Assembly (NCBI GenBank): GCA_000934665.2
Contig: KZ538380.1
Location: forward strand, 1-64,000
DNA length: 64,000 nucleotides
Origin: Catajapyx aquilonaris
Taxonomy: Eukaryota
Direction of reading: 5' to 3'
Shown: piece by piece, positions 63,528 through 64,000 of the stretch
How positions within the stretch are numbered: the first letter of the stretch is position 1
Layout of the letters: every line of letters starts with the position of its first letter
Position numbers and translations under genes: made by a program
Notes under the pieces: generated by a model
Database searches by the model: none
What the model saw: the letters and a program-made list of their open reading frames with translations, nothing else
What the model was told of the DNA's origin: nothing

Positions 63528-64000
63528 TAAGGCAATTGACATCATTTTTGCATAATTTTCTATAGACCTATATAATGACTGTGACAGCTTTTCGGTGAGT
63601 AGATGCGTGTATTTATATCTCATTACTCAATATTATCCTTCTACTGTATATTGATAAGTGATATTGGTATGTTGCGGAAAGTGTAGCAATGTAAGTTACT
63701 ATTAATATGTGCATGGCCTACACATTTGTCCTTTCACCGGCAAAACCTGCGGTGGGTGATTTCACCTTAAAATATGCATTTTCGCCATTTTCTGGAAAAT
63801 TGTCCATTCGCCCTTTCTCCTTATTGCCAACGATTTTAGGTGGACATCTTCAAATGCACTAATCAGCTGAGTGTCAGTTTATGATTAGGCCTATAGGGCT
63901 GGTTCAGGATACCTGGCCCAGGGCACACACGTGGTAAACATCCGCTTCAAGAAGCCTGGCACCTATTGTTATCGCACCTTTTTTCACAGTAGCAAGGCAA

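Larger units (their letters stand above)
61505..63832. mobile_element. Sola1-like element with nested insertions
   Basis: TIR CGTCGGCAACAAGGAGAAAGGGCGAAT / ATTCGCCCTTTCTCCTTATTGCCAACG, ATTT TSD; contains a mariner-like remnant (RITVDDLA...VHTILH, ~62000-62100, minus) and MITEs. Confidence 0.7.

Overview
AT-rich, transposon-dense eukaryotic genomic DNA. The SINE cores, Sola/P/mariner families and short 50-70 nt introns suggest an arthropod, probably a hemimetabolous insect (inference). No prokaryotic operons, CRISPR arrays or rRNA were seen. Four host genes can be reconstructed by hand from GT-AG sites with matching phases. (1) An intronless, divergent PP1-family Ser/Thr phosphatase (+, 1174-2157) with a putative 5'UTR intron. 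(2) A 4-exon minus-strand coiled-coil gene (24228/23231 to 15971) with two homologous alternative promoters and first exons that arose by duplication. (3) A 3-exon minus-strand acidic low-complexity gene (43491 to 40822) that I do not recognise. (4) A 4-exon minus-strand gene (61081 to 52378) encoding a short ZMYM/woc/QRICH1-type DUF3504 (Crypton-derived) protein with no visible MYM zinc fingers. Mobile DNA includes a full-length, frameshifted Sola2-like transposon with ~505-bp TIRs and a GTAA TSD (32610-37168), further Sola-type elements and a disabled P-element/THAP9-like transposase. There are also non-LTR RT and RNase H remnants, several tRNA-derived SINE families with clean TSDs, and many Tc1/mariner, pogo, hAT, piggyBac and Harbinger-type MITEs, some nested three deep. 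All gene models are by-eye predictions without expression or database support.
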